A stretch of 64,000 bases of DNA. Source: Dehalococcoidia bacterium (GTDB taxonomy: Bacteria; Chloroflexota; Dehalococcoidia; Plut-88900). A model generated the notes under the pieces. It was not told where the DNA came from. It did no database searches and saw nothing but the letters and a program-made list of their open reading frames with translations. Below are positions 1 through 8,932 of this stretch, one piece after another. Both the position numbers and the translations under genes were made by a program. Position 1 is the first letter of the stretch; each line of letters opens with the position of its first letter. The stretch lies in assembly GCA_965197645.1 (NCBI GenBank), contig OZ240219.1:1952001-2016000 (forward strand). The letters run 5' to 3'.

Positions 1-417
1 TAGGACGAAGAATCCGTAGATCAGATAGAGGAGGGCCATGAACAAGGCCATGCCCACGCTGCCCGTCTCCACCGCAACCAGCAGCGTCTTCAACGCCGTT
101 CGCAGGAGGTCACCCGCGGTGACGTCCAGGGAGACGGCGATGAAGCCGGAGACGGCGTCGGCGATATCGATGACGAGGGCGCACCACCACAGGGAGGTGG
201 CGGCGGCAACCAGGCCCAGCACCAGCCTCGGCACCATCTCCCGCCAGCCGGCTTGAGACTGTCCCAGGTGGTGCTGCATGATGAGGCTCAGCCCCATCCA
301 GCCCAGGATGAGGACCAGGACGCCCGAGGTTATCGCCCAGACGACGGCCCACGCCTCCCTCACCAGGGGGTGCAGGTAGGTCAGTTCCGGGGGCGTGCCG
401 GTGAGGATGTCGGTCAT
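1..417 (-). CDS. Polytopic membrane protein, TrbL/VirB6-like conjugal transfer protein (partial, runs off window)
   Basis: Own translation from ATG at 417, which overlaps the upstream stop as ATGA: MTDILTGTPPELTYLHPLVREAWAVVWAITSGVLVLILGWMGLSLIM...REMVPRLVLGLVAAATSLWWCALVIDIAD...; open to position 1; several TM helices. Confidence 0.6.
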   Translation of the reverse strand, partial: MTDILTGTPPELTYLHPLVREAWAVVWAITSGVLVLILGWMGLSLIMQHHLGQSQAGWREMVPRLVLGLVAAATSLWWCALVIDIADAVSGFIAVSLDVTAGDLLRTALKTLLVAVETGSVGMALFMALLYLIYGFFVL

Positions 418-1037
418 CCGCCGCCGTCCTCCCGGCAGTCCTCGGCGTCCCGGCCGCTGGCCTTTTCCACCACGCCGCACAGGGTCCCGTGGGTCCCCTC
501 CACGGTCCAGCGGGCCAGGGCCCTGCCCCACTGTCCGGGGTCGAAGGCCCTCAGCACCCGGTCCCACAGTCCGCCGGGTTGGTGCACCGGGATGATCGTG
601 TAGAAGGTGCGGATCTCACCGCTGCCCAGGTCCCGGGGCATCAGCACCAGCAGGTAGGCTCGCTCCGGGTCCAGTACCTCCTGGTCGTCTTCGAAGGGGT
701 ACTCGAAGGCGTACTCCCAGCCGTCCCTCCGCTCCTTCTCTCCCTCCCGGACCCCGTACACGGTGGTGAGCCACTCTCCCGTGTCGGGGTGGCGTACCGA
801 GTAGTAGAGGGCGGCGGGCTTGCGGTCGAAGACGGGCCTTGCGATGAAGCGCCCGTCCTTCTTCCTCTCGACGAAGTCCTCGTCCCCGTTGACCAGCTGC
901 ACGCCCTCGACGGGCGGGTCCTGGGCGAGGGCCACGTTGCTCGACGGGACCGCCACAAGGGCCGCCAGCAGCATCGCTGCGGTTAGGCGCAGGAGCAGCT
1001 TGGCTTTGGGGACGGCTGTTCTCGACTGCAGTGTCAT
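414..1037 (-). CDS. Secreted hypothetical protein, probably conjugation-associated
   Basis: ATG at 1037 after AAAGAGGT RBS; Sec signal peptide (LLLRLTAAMLLAALVAVPSSNVALA); translationally coupled to the TrbL-like gene. Confidence 0.65.
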   Translation of the reverse strand: MTLQSRTAVPKAKLLLRLTAAMLLAALVAVPSSNVALAQDPPVEGVQLVNGDEDFVERKKDGRFIARPVFDRKPAALYYSVRHPDTGEWLTTVYGVREGEKERRDGWEYAFEYPFEDDQEVLDPERAYLLVLMPRDLGSGEIRTFYTIIPVHQPGGLWDRVLRAFDPGQWGRALARWTVEGTHGTLCGVVEKASGRDAEDCREDGGG

Positions 1038-1056
1038 GGATACCTCTTTACTCGTT

Positions 1057-1070
1057 AGAACATGGGTGCT
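1057..1070 (-). promoter_or_regulatory. LexA (SOS) box-like operator AGAACATGGGTGCT
   Basis: One mismatch to AGAAC-N4-GTTCT (Gram-positive/Chloroflexi-type LexA box); 20 bp upstream of the ATG at 1037; same variant form as 2375-2388. Confidence 0.5.
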
Positions 1071-1233
1071 ATCCAGCGAGTGTGGGAGTTCCCCTATGCC
1101 GAGCGGTATCCCCTGGAGGGGATTTCTTTGGTGTAGTCCCCTCCGAGCCACTTCACGCATGAGACCCCTTCCGGGGGATTACACGGCGCTTGGCCGGTGT
1201 GATGTCATCGGGGTGTACAGGGATTTGGGTTAG

Positions 1234-1435
1234 TTCCCAAAAGGGAAGTGAGGTAGTTTTCAAAGCTAATTCGGGGGGGCATAGGCCCCCTACAGGAGGG
1301 GGAGAGAGAACACTTTTTCTTAAGTGCTCATTCCGGGCCGAGTGGACAGCTCCAGCCACGAAAGTTCCCGAAAGGGAACCGGCAACAACCGGGCGGGACT
1401 TCCCACCCCCAGCCGTGAGAGTTCCCGAAAGGGAA
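1234..1435. repeat. Three copies of the palindrome TTCCC-(A/G)AAA-GGGAA
   Basis: At 1234-1247, 1365-1378 and 1422-1435, upstream of the HTH-like gene at 1454. Confidence 0.75.
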
Positions 1436-1453
1436 GTGAAGAAGGAGAGACGG

Positions 1454-2296
1454 ATGAAGGACGAGCGTAGGACCGCCGATGAGGGCGAAAGAGTGGAGAA
1501 CCCTCGGTACCTGCGGCTTACGACACTGCTGCGGGACCTGGTCCGCAGGGAGGGTCGCATGGAGGCGGCCGAGATGCTGGGTATCAACTACAAGACCCTG
1601 GCCAGGGCCATCGAGTCGGGCAACCTCACGCCCCGGCTGTCCGATGCCCTGGAGCGCCGGGTGCTGGAGGACGAGGAATCGACGGCGGCCCGGCAACAGC
1701 AGCGGATCGAGGCTCTGGAGCAGAGAGTGGAGTCGTTGGAGAATGAGCTGCGGGGCGGCCTCGAGGAGCTCAGAGCCGCCGTGCAGCAGAAGGATCAGGC
1801 CCCACGGGACGAAAGCACGGGAGAAGAGGCGCAGGTCGCTCCTCTACCCGCACCGATCAACAAACATCCGGCGGCTCCTCACTTGCCGGACGCCGGCCCG
1901 ATTGGGTCGGAACCGGGGTCGTTGAAGTGGGCGCCTCACCGCCGGTTGGACCCCCTGGTGGTTCCCGAGGAGCCGGAGCCCGACGACGAGGAGGTCTATG
2001 GCCTGGCCTGGCCGTTTATCGAGGAGTGGCGCAGGCTCAGGAGGGGCCACCCCCACCGGGGCAGAAGCCTGTCCTGGCTGGTAACGGAGGAGTGCATCTT
2101 GGGGTTGGAGCTGGCGATGCTGGAGGCGCATGGGCTGACGTTGCCCCCGGAGGTGCAGCCGCTGCGGGGCTTCGGGCGCAACGGCCAGATCAACTGGCGA
2201 AGGACGGCGCTCTACGATACCCGGAAAGCGCTGGCGAGGCGGGAGCTGCTGCGGTGGGTGCGGAGAACGCTGACCCTGGGGCTGTGGTGGAGGTAG
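1454..2296 (+). CDS. Hypothetical protein with N-terminal HTH-like motif and coiled coil
   Basis: ATG at 1454 after AAGGAG; GRMEAAEMLGINYKTLARAIESG is HTH-like; heptad-rich segment follows. Confidence 0.6.
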   Translation: MKDERRTADEGERVENPRYLRLTTLLRDLVRREGRMEAAEMLGINYKTLARAIESGNLTPRLSDALERRVLEDEESTAARQQQRIEALEQRVESLENELRGGLEELRAAVQQKDQAPRDESTGEEAQVAPLPAPINKHPAAPHLPDAGPIGSEPGSLKWAPHRRLDPLVVPEEPEPDDEEVYGLAWPFIEEWRRLRRGHPHRGRSLSWLVTEECILGLELAMLEAHGLTLPPEVQPLRGFGRNGQINWRRTALYDTRKALARRELLRWVRRTLTLGLWWR

Positions 2297-2366
2297 CCGT
2301 TTCGGGGGGCGCTTAGGATTTCAATGATACAAAGCCAACACTTTGCTTCGAGGAGACACGGACCCC

Positions 2367-2396
2367 TGGACAATAGCACGAATGTTCTATGATAAT
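2367..2396 (+). promoter_or_regulatory. Putative sigma70 promoter with LexA box-like site in the spacer
   Basis: TGGACA (2367) ... AGCACGAATGTTCT (2375-2388) ... TATGAT/GATAAT, upstream of the long + strand operon. Confidence 0.5.
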
Positions 2397-2901
2397 GGTT
2401 CTACTGTCAGGCTTTACCAGTGTTTCCCGCCCTAGAAACCTGGAGGGTCCCGTCCCTGACCCGGCAACGACCGCTTAGGATCGAGCACTGCTCTCCGAAC
2501 GGTCTACCATGAGGGATACGCACTCCGCTGCGTCAAACGGTCGAGGGGTTGAGCACTGCTCCTCTGAGGGCTGTTTCAAAGGCGGGGAAGACCCTGGGGG
2601 CAGTGTGCCATGCGCCGAGACCGTTCTCTGAAGACTGTCGCATGGCTCAGGAGGGTTGGCGATGGGATATCCGTGCTCTGGCCTCAGGTCCCCTGGCAGG
2701 CTGACCACCTCCCTCGATAGCAGCTCTCCCGTGGTCGAATTCTCGAAGAATTACCCTGGGCGAGCTACGTCTTCTTCACCCACTCCGTCTTCCGAGTTCG
2801 GCATCCGAACGTGGACGGGGTGCGTTCTTCGTCAACCGGTTCTACACAACATGGCCCATGCCCCGGATGCCGGCACGGTCAGCTACAGAAAGGAGGCGTC
2901 G

Positions 2902-3174
2902 ATGCACGCCAGGAAAGAAGTTCCAAAGATCATGGCCGCAGTCGCCGCGATGGGTAGGTTCCTGCGGCGGAGAAAGAGGGCGGTGATTGCGCTGCTGGTG
3001 ATAGGGCCCCTGCTGCTGACAGGCAACCTGGATGTCTTCATCCTGAACCTGGTCGGCTTAGGCTTCGGGGCGCTTCTGCTCCGGCAGATGACACTGTCCA
3101 GGACGGGGAGACGGATGGCAGCGCAACGCCAGACGGCGGAAACAACGGTACAAACAGATAGGAGGACACGATGA
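2902..3174 (+). CDS. Small membrane protein
   Basis: ATG at 2902 after AAAGGAGG; two hydrophobic segments after a basic stretch. Confidence 0.65.
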   Translation: MHARKEVPKIMAAVAAMGRFLRRRKRAVIALLVIGPLLLTGNLDVFILNLVGLGFGALLLRQMTLSRTGRRMAAQRQTAETTVQTDRRTR

Positions 3175-3650
3175 CGACGGCAGCGCTAACAATGAACAAC
3201 CGGACGCTGTCAGGACCGCGGCCCAGCCTGGAACAGCTGGTCGACCGGCTGATAGCGGTCCTGTTCAGGGACGAGCCGGAAACGGCGGAGGCCACGGCAG
3301 CGCCAGCCCGGAGCGTGGCCCGCAGCGTGCATGAAGCGCGGCGGCTGCGGCAAGCGGGGGAGACCGACTCCGCACTGGCGGTCTTCGGCAACATGGATTT
3401 GGAGAAGGCGACACCGGCGGAGGCTCGGTGGGCCTTCTCCGAGTGGATGCAGCTTGTAAGGAGGCGGCGGTTCGGAGACCGGGACGCCCTTGTCTACAGC
3501 CAGGGCACGGGCAGGGCCGCTGCGCTGGTCCCCACCTCCGATGGCGACATTCTGGAGGTCGCCGCCGTCCTGGGGATGCGCTGGCGGACCGGCAAGCTCG
3601 TCTCGCGGCGCAGCCTGCGAGGACTCAGGTCCCTGAACAGGGGTGGGTGA
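3171..3650 (+). CDS. Hypothetical protein
   Basis: AGGAGG RBS; overlaps both neighbours (ATGA, TGATG). Confidence 0.7.
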   Translation: MTTAALTMNNRTLSGPRPSLEQLVDRLIAVLFRDEPETAEATAAPARSVARSVHEARRLRQAGETDSALAVFGNMDLEKATPAEARWAFSEWMQLVRRRRFGDRDALVYSQGTGRAAALVPTSDGDILEVAAVLGMRWRTGKLVSRRSLRGLRSLNRGG

Positions 3651-4741
3651 TGGTCTCGGCCAACGTGGACATCCCCACCCTGAAGGCCCGGCACCCACTG
3701 GGAGACACGGTGGAGGCCGCCGGGGTGCGGCTGAGGGGAAGTGGCCGGGTCCGCCAGGGCGTCTGCCCCTTCCACGACGAGGGCGAGGGCAGCTTCACGG
3801 TCTACGCGGACTCGGAGCGGTTCTACTGCTTCGGGTGCGGTGAAGGGGGCGACGTGCTGGATTTCGTGCAGCGGACCGAGAACCTCAGCCTGCAGGATGC
3901 GATCCGGCATCTTGACGCCAGCCCTAGACTTGCTTCCGGGGTTGTCCCTTGTTCCACTCCCACACGGCTGCCCAGGACGGAGACGTTTCCTCCTCGCGAC
4001 CCGGCACTCCTGACGGCGGCGGCCAGGTTCTACGCCGCCCAACTTCGCCGTGGTCCGGAGGGGCGGGAGTACCTGGCATCCCGGGGGATCTTCCCCACTG
4101 CCGCCCTGCGTCTTGGCCTCGGCTATGCTTCCGGGACCGGTCTGCGCGAGGCCCTGGAGTCCAACGCTTTCTCTGAGAAGCACATCCGGGACTCGGGGTT
4201 GTTCACCGAGCGGGGAGCAGAACGGTTCGCCGGGATGGTAGTGGTTCCCGACCTCTCAGGTTGCCTCGTCCGCTGGCTTGCGGGCCGGGCGGTGGACCCG
4301 GAGGCCAGGCCCCGGTTCCAGGCGCTGCCCGGCCCCAAACCGGTGCTTGGGCTTGGACGCCTCGGCCCCGCTCCCGATTGGGTGGTCGTGGCCGAGGGCG
4401 TCTTCGACTGGCTTGTGCTTGGCTCCTGGGGCCTGCCGGCCTGCGCCGCCCTGGGCACCCAGGGTGTTGAGCGTGTCGCCCAAGCCCTGCGAGGGTGCCC
4501 CCGTGTCTTCCTTGCCTTCGACAACGACGAAGCGGGCCTTGAGGCCACGGAGCGACTTGCGTCTTTGCTTGGAAGACGCTCCGCTCCCGTCACCCTTCCC
4601 CAGGGCGTCGGCGACGTGGCCGAACTCGCCGTCCTTCCCCAGGGCCGCACCCTCTTGCTGCACTTGCTTGCACGGGCTGCCCGTTCCACCCGGTACCTCT
4701 CGGCTACTTCCCCCAAGCGACCTCCCTCCACCGGGGCTTGA
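3650..4741 (+). CDS. DnaG-like DNA primase (CHC2 zinc finger + TOPRIM)
   Basis: CPFHDE...FYCFGC zinc finger; VVAEGVFDWL and AFDNDEAG TOPRIM motifs; lacks the DnaB-binding C-terminus, as in mobile-element primases. Confidence 0.9.
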   Translation: MVSANVDIPTLKARHPLGDTVEAAGVRLRGSGRVRQGVCPFHDEGEGSFTVYADSERFYCFGCGEGGDVLDFVQRTENLSLQDAIRHLDASPRLASGVVPCSTPTRLPRTETFPPRDPALLTAAARFYAAQLRRGPEGREYLASRGIFPTAALRLGLGYASGTGLREALESNAFSEKHIRDSGLFTERGAERFAGMVVVPDLSGCLVRWLAGRAVDPEARPRFQALPGPKPVLGLGRLGPAPDWVVVAEGVFDWLVLGSWGLPACAALGTQGVERVAQALRGCPRVFLAFDNDEAGLEATERLASLLGRRSAPVTLPQGVGDVAELAVLPQGRTLLLHLLARAARSTRYLSATSPKRPPSTGA

Positions 4742-4892
4742 CCCGGATTGCCTCTTGCTTGCGGGACTCTCTCCCGCCCCGGAGGACCTATACCCAAGCC
4801 ACGACGGGCCTTGCCCGCTCACGGATTCCCCTGCGGGAGTCCGCACCGGCCATTCGATACGAGAACCAGACATCACACCAAGGAGGACCACC

Positions 4893-5783
4893 ATGTCCAA
4901 CGGCAACAACGGACGCAACGACAACGGGACCGGCAAGGGGCTGGTCCAGGTCAACGGAACGCACCACGACCCCGCCGTCATCGACGGCCACGACCTGCTC
5001 TGGGACGGTCTTGCCCCCGCGGTCACCAAGGCGCTGGAACAGCCCCTGGACCCCGCCCTCGTCTCCCAGCGCAAGGGCCGGGGCCGCAAGGTCTTCGACT
5101 ACCTGGAAGGCCACGTGGTGATCGACCAGGCCAACAAGCTCTTCGGCTACGGGGGCTGGGGCTACGGGCTGGCGGGGGACGTTACCCTGCGCCGGATCGA
5201 GGCCCTCGATACCAAGACCGGAGAGGTGAAGGTCTCCCACGCCTACAGCGCCCCGGTGCGAGTCACCGTGCCCGGCGCCCCACCCCGTACCGACACCGGT
5301 TTCCACGCAGTGGCCGAGGATACCGCCGAGGGCCACGAGACGGCGATCAAAGGGGCCGTGACCGACGGCATGAAGCGGGCCCTGCGCAGCTTCGGCGACA
5401 GGTTCGGCAACGGCCTCTACGGCGACCCTCCGGCAAGCACGGGAAAGGCCCGGCAGCCCCAGGAGGGCAAAGGCCGCAGCACCTCTAGCCAAACGACCAA
5501 AGAGTCCGGCGCCACACCCCTGCCACAGCGCATCCCCGCCGGGGCCAAGGGGGTGTTCAGCCCGGTGCCGGGCAACGACCAGGACGAGACCCACGTGCTC
5601 CACCTGCGCAAGCGGCTCATCGAGCTGGGAGTGGAGCAGGGGTTCGACGAGGAACGGGTGCGGACCGCCGTGCGCAACAGGACGGGCCGTGACCTGGACG
5701 ACCTGATGGCGGATGAGCTGACGCCCCTGGTTGAGGGAGCGACCCAGAGGCTGCACCAGATGCAGAACGGCGACGTTGCGTGA
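4893..5783 (+). CDS. Rad52/Rad22-family single-strand annealing protein
   Basis: ATG at 4893 after AAGGAGG; YLEGHVVIDQANKLFGYGGW and AIKGAVTDGMKRALRSFGDRFGNGLY are Rad52 signatures. Confidence 0.9.
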   Translation: MSNGNNGRNDNGTGKGLVQVNGTHHDPAVIDGHDLLWDGLAPAVTKALEQPLDPALVSQRKGRGRKVFDYLEGHVVIDQANKLFGYGGWGYGLAGDVTLRRIEALDTKTGEVKVSHAYSAPVRVTVPGAPPRTDTGFHAVAEDTAEGHETAIKGAVTDGMKRALRSFGDRFGNGLYGDPPASTGKARQPQEGKGRSTSSQTTKESGATPLPQRIPAGAKGVFSPVPGNDQDETHVLHLRKRLIELGVEQGFDEERVRTAVRNRTGRDLDDLMADELTPLVEGATQRLHQMQNGDVA

Positions 5784-5868
5784 GCCCTTCCCAAGACATG
5801 GAGCTGGGACCGTCTCCTCCGAGCGGCTCCGCTCACCACTACAGGACAAGGAGAAAAGGAGGCACTTG

Positions 5869-6201
5869 ATGACGAGCACGACACTGCACACCCCCTGGGG
5901 ACCTCCCCAGGAGATCGTAGAGCTGGCCGAAGGCGTGCTGAGGGTCTCGACGGCGAGCCACGGCGGTTTGAAGCTCAGCCCGGAGCGCTGGGCGGAGCTG
6001 CCCGACGAGGTCCGGAACTCGATGCTCAACCCGACCTTCGCCGAGGAGGACTGCGAGGAGCCCATCGTGAAGACACTCCTGGGCCTGGGCGACGAGTGGG
6101 AGAGAGGATGGGCCCTCGCGATAGCTGGCTACTTCGGCCGCTACGTCCCGGCGCTACCCCATCTACAGAAGAAGGAGGAAGACCATGCCCACAAAAACTA
6201 G
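5869..6201 (+). CDS. Small conserved mobile-element protein (DUF7007-like)
   Basis: TPWGPPQ...VSTASHGGLKLS...AEEDCE motif; AAGGAGG RBS. Confidence 0.6.
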   Translation: MTSTTLHTPWGPPQEIVELAEGVLRVSTASHGGLKLSPERWAELPDEVRNSMLNPTFAEEDCEEPIVKTLLGLGDEWERGWALAIAGYFGRYVPALPHLQKKEEDHAHKN

Positions 6202-6610
6202 GCCCAGGCCGCGAAGCCTGCCCAGCACCACCACCAAGCTGCAGACCGAGTACGGGAACCTCTACGTCACCGTCTCCACCGACGAGGACGGCGCTCCCTT
6301 CGAGGTCTTCGGCTGGCTGGGCAAGGGGGGTTCCTTCCAACACGGGGTTACCGAGCTGGCCTGCCGCCTGGTCTCCCTGCACCTGCGGCGGGGAACTCCC
6401 GTCGAGGAGATCATCGACCAGATAGGTGGCATACAGGAGATGCAGCCCTTCGCCAACCGGATGCCGGACGGCGCCACTGCGTGGGTGCTGGGCCTGGGCG
6501 ACGGCATTGCCCACGTCCTCAGGGCCCACGTGAAGGCCGATGAGAAGGAGGTGGATGTGGAATCGGAGGAGGTGGAGGAGACGAAGGCCGGAGCAACCAA
6601 GGCCGTCTGA
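6185..6610 (+). CDS. Stand-alone TSCPD-like domain protein (resembles class II ribonucleotide reductase C-terminal domain)
   Basis: RPRSLPSTTTKLQTEYGNLYVTV...PFEVFGWLGKGG...RLVSLHLRRGTPVEEIIDQIGGI matches the NrdJ C-terminal domain; the SCPD motif is replaced by GLGD. Confidence 0.75.
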   Translation: MPTKTRPRPRSLPSTTTKLQTEYGNLYVTVSTDEDGAPFEVFGWLGKGGSFQHGVTELACRLVSLHLRRGTPVEEIIDQIGGIQEMQPFANRMPDGATAWVLGLGDGIAHVLRAHVKADEKEVDVESEEVEETKAGATKAV

Positions 6611-6709
6611 GTAGCACAGACAACGGAACGTGAGACCGCAACGGGGCCATCTCTTCAGAGACGGCCCCGCTTTTCGTCTAAAGGACAGGACAAGAGAAGG
6701 AGGAAAGAG

Positions 6710-7750
6710 ATGACCACAAAGACCGTTGACGGCAGGGCGGAGACCTACTCCCGCCCTGCGGCCCGGTTCGACTCCTCGGGCAACCTGGAGATCAGGGCCT
6801 CGGCGGCGAGCAACTGCCGCAGGGCCCTCTGGTACGAGGCGACGGGACACCGGGTCTCCAACCCGCCCAACGGAGAGTCCCTGACAATGCTGGAGGCGGG
6901 CAACGCCCTCGAGCCCGTCGTGCTCAAGGCGATGGAGCGGGCCGGATGGGAGGTTGTCCCCGCCGGTTCCCGGGAGCCCCAGCAGGTGTCGGTGCGGGCG
7001 CGGCCCAACCTGGTGGTTACCGGCCACCCCGACGCCACGGGTACGATGCCCATCTTCGGCGGCAGGGCGGTGATAGAGGTTAAGACCAGGGCAACGGAGG
7101 CGTCCAGGCGGTGGAAGGCGTTGGGGGCCGAGCGCAGCCACCCGGCCTCGGTGGCCCAGGCCGCCTTCTACACCCTGGGGGTGTTCGGAGAGCTGCGGGA
7201 CGCGGTGATAGCCACCATGGACACGGGCAACAGGACGTGGGACTACGAGGTGATACCCGCCGTCCGGGTGGGCCGGGTCCTGGAAGAGGCCTGCCGGCGG
7301 CTGGGCGAGCTTAGCGCTCACCACGAGCTCCGCGGGCCGGACCCCGGCGTCCTGCCGGAGCGGGACTTTCCCCCTCAGAGCTGGCAGTGCCGGGGCTGCC
7401 CGTTTCTCGATACCTGCATGCCGGGAGAGGGCCAGCCGGAGGAAGAAAAGGAGATAGATAGAGATGAGGTGAGCGACGAAGAGGCAAGAGAAGCGGTGGA
7501 GGCTTATACCGAGGCCCGGGAGGCGTTGAGGAAGCCCGAGAGGGCCAAGCGCGCCGCCCTGGACACCCTGAAGGCCTGGATGCGCCACCGGGGAGACGGG
7601 AAGGCAACCGTCGGAGGGCGCACCGTCAGCCTGGTCAGATCCAGGAGGTACTCGGTGGACTACAGGAGGCTCAACGCCGTTCTCGACCCCGAGACCCGCT
7701 CCGAGATAGTGACCGAGAACGTCTCCCAGCACGTACGGGTGACCCCGTAA
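6710..7750 (+). CDS. PD-(D/E)XK exonuclease, Cas4/RecB-like, with possible Fe-S ligands
   Basis: ASAASNCRRALWY, GHPD, IEVKT, QAAFY and WQCRGCPFLDTC. Confidence 0.8.
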   Translation: MTTKTVDGRAETYSRPAARFDSSGNLEIRASAASNCRRALWYEATGHRVSNPPNGESLTMLEAGNALEPVVLKAMERAGWEVVPAGSREPQQVSVRARPNLVVTGHPDATGTMPIFGGRAVIEVKTRATEASRRWKALGAERSHPASVAQAAFYTLGVFGELRDAVIATMDTGNRTWDYEVIPAVRVGRVLEEACRRLGELSAHHELRGPDPGVLPERDFPPQSWQCRGCPFLDTCMPGEGQPEEEKEIDRDEVSDEEAREAVEAYTEAREALRKPERAKRAALDTLKAWMRHRGDGKATVGGRTVSLVRSRRYSVDYRRLNAVLDPETRSEIVTENVSQHVRVTP

Positions 7751-7892
7751 CAGGTACGGGGCATGTTCTAGACGCCCACCCCAGGAGAGGGGCGCAGCAC
7801 GGGGCCGTCTTCCCTCTACAGGGGACGGCCCCGCATTCGTTTTAGAGGACGCCAGTGAGACGGCGCCACATCACACAAGGAGGGAAAAAACA

Positions 7893-8270
7893 ATGGCAAG
7901 GACGATCAACAGCGTACAGCTCTTGGGCAGGGTGGGAACCGACCCGCAGATGCAGTACACCCCCAACGGCACCGCCGTGGCCAAGCTACGGCTGGCCACC
8001 GACCGCTACCGCAAGGAGGGCGAGAACGAGACGGACTGGCACGACATCGTGGTCTGGAGCAAGCAGGCCGAGGCGGTGAACCAGTACGTCGGCAAGGGCG
8101 ACCGGGTCTACATCTCCGGCCGCCTGGTGCAGAACACCTGGGAGGGAGAGGACGGCCAACGGCGCCACCGCACCGAGGTCCACGCCTCGGAGGTCGTCTT
8201 CCTTGACTCCAGGAACGGTAACGGCGGCGCCAAAGAGGATCAGACCGTAGAGGACGACATGCCCTTCTAG
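7893..8270 (+). CDS. ssb: Single-stranded DNA-binding protein
   Basis: INSVQLLGRVGTDP, TDWHDIVVW, KGDRVYISGRL, acidic tail EDDMPF. Confidence 0.95.
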   Translation: MARTINSVQLLGRVGTDPQMQYTPNGTAVAKLRLATDRYRKEGENETDWHDIVVWSKQAEAVNQYVGKGDRVYISGRLVQNTWEGEDGQRRHRTEVHASEVVFLDSRNGNGGAKEDQTVEDDMPF

Positions 8271-8389
8271 CCCGCTCGACCTAAAGCCAAACAGCGACGC
8301 CCGCCACGGCCGGGCGCACCACGGGGCCGCTCCCTGGCATAAGGGAGCGGCCCCGCTCTCATTTTCAACCGGTGAAGAAGGAGGCCGAC

Positions 8390-8899
8390 ATGACCCGCAA
8401 GAAGACCCTTACAAAGGATGCGGCGCTGCTGGACGCACTACGCAGCAACCTGGACCTGCTGGGCGAGCTGGCGGTGCGCTACGAGGTCGAGACCCATCCG
8501 CAACGTCCGGCGGACCCGCCCGCCGTCAACTGCCCCCGGGACGTCTGGAAGCTGCTGGGGCAGGAGATGTCCGCCCTGGCCCAGGAGCAGCTGCGGGTGC
8601 TGCTCCTCGACACCAAGAATCTGGTCGCCGGCCAACGGGTCGTCTACCAGGGCAACATCTCCTCGACCATCGTCAGACCCGCCGAGGTGCTGCGCCCCGC
8701 CGTCATAGAGGCGGTCCCCCACGTCATCATCGTCCACAACCACCCTTCAGGAGACCCTGCGCCCAGCCCGGAGGACGCAGCCGTCACCCGGGATCTGACA
8801 CAGGCGGCCCAACTGCTGGGAATTGACCTCCTCGACCACGTGGTCATCGGTAGCGAGCAGTTCGTCAGCCTCAAGGAAAGGGGCCTCATGTCTGGATAG
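8390..8899 (+). CDS. radC: RadC-like JAB domain protein
   Basis: QEQLRVLLLDTKN, HNHPSGDPAPSPED, LLDHVVIG. Confidence 0.9.
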   Translation: MTRKKTLTKDAALLDALRSNLDLLGELAVRYEVETHPQRPADPPAVNCPRDVWKLLGQEMSALAQEQLRVLLLDTKNLVAGQRVVYQGNISSTIVRPAEVLRPAVIEAVPHVIIVHNHPSGDPAPSPEDAAVTRDLTQAAQLLGIDLLDHVVIGSEQFVSLKERGLMSG

Positions 8900-8932
8900 G
8901 ACACAAGAGGCCGAGAGATAAAGGAGCACGGC

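Noticed and set aside
6710-7750. Cas4-like gene as evidence of a CRISPR-Cas locus
   Set aside because: No cas1/cas2 or repeat-spacer array in the window; the context is Rad52/SSB recombination.
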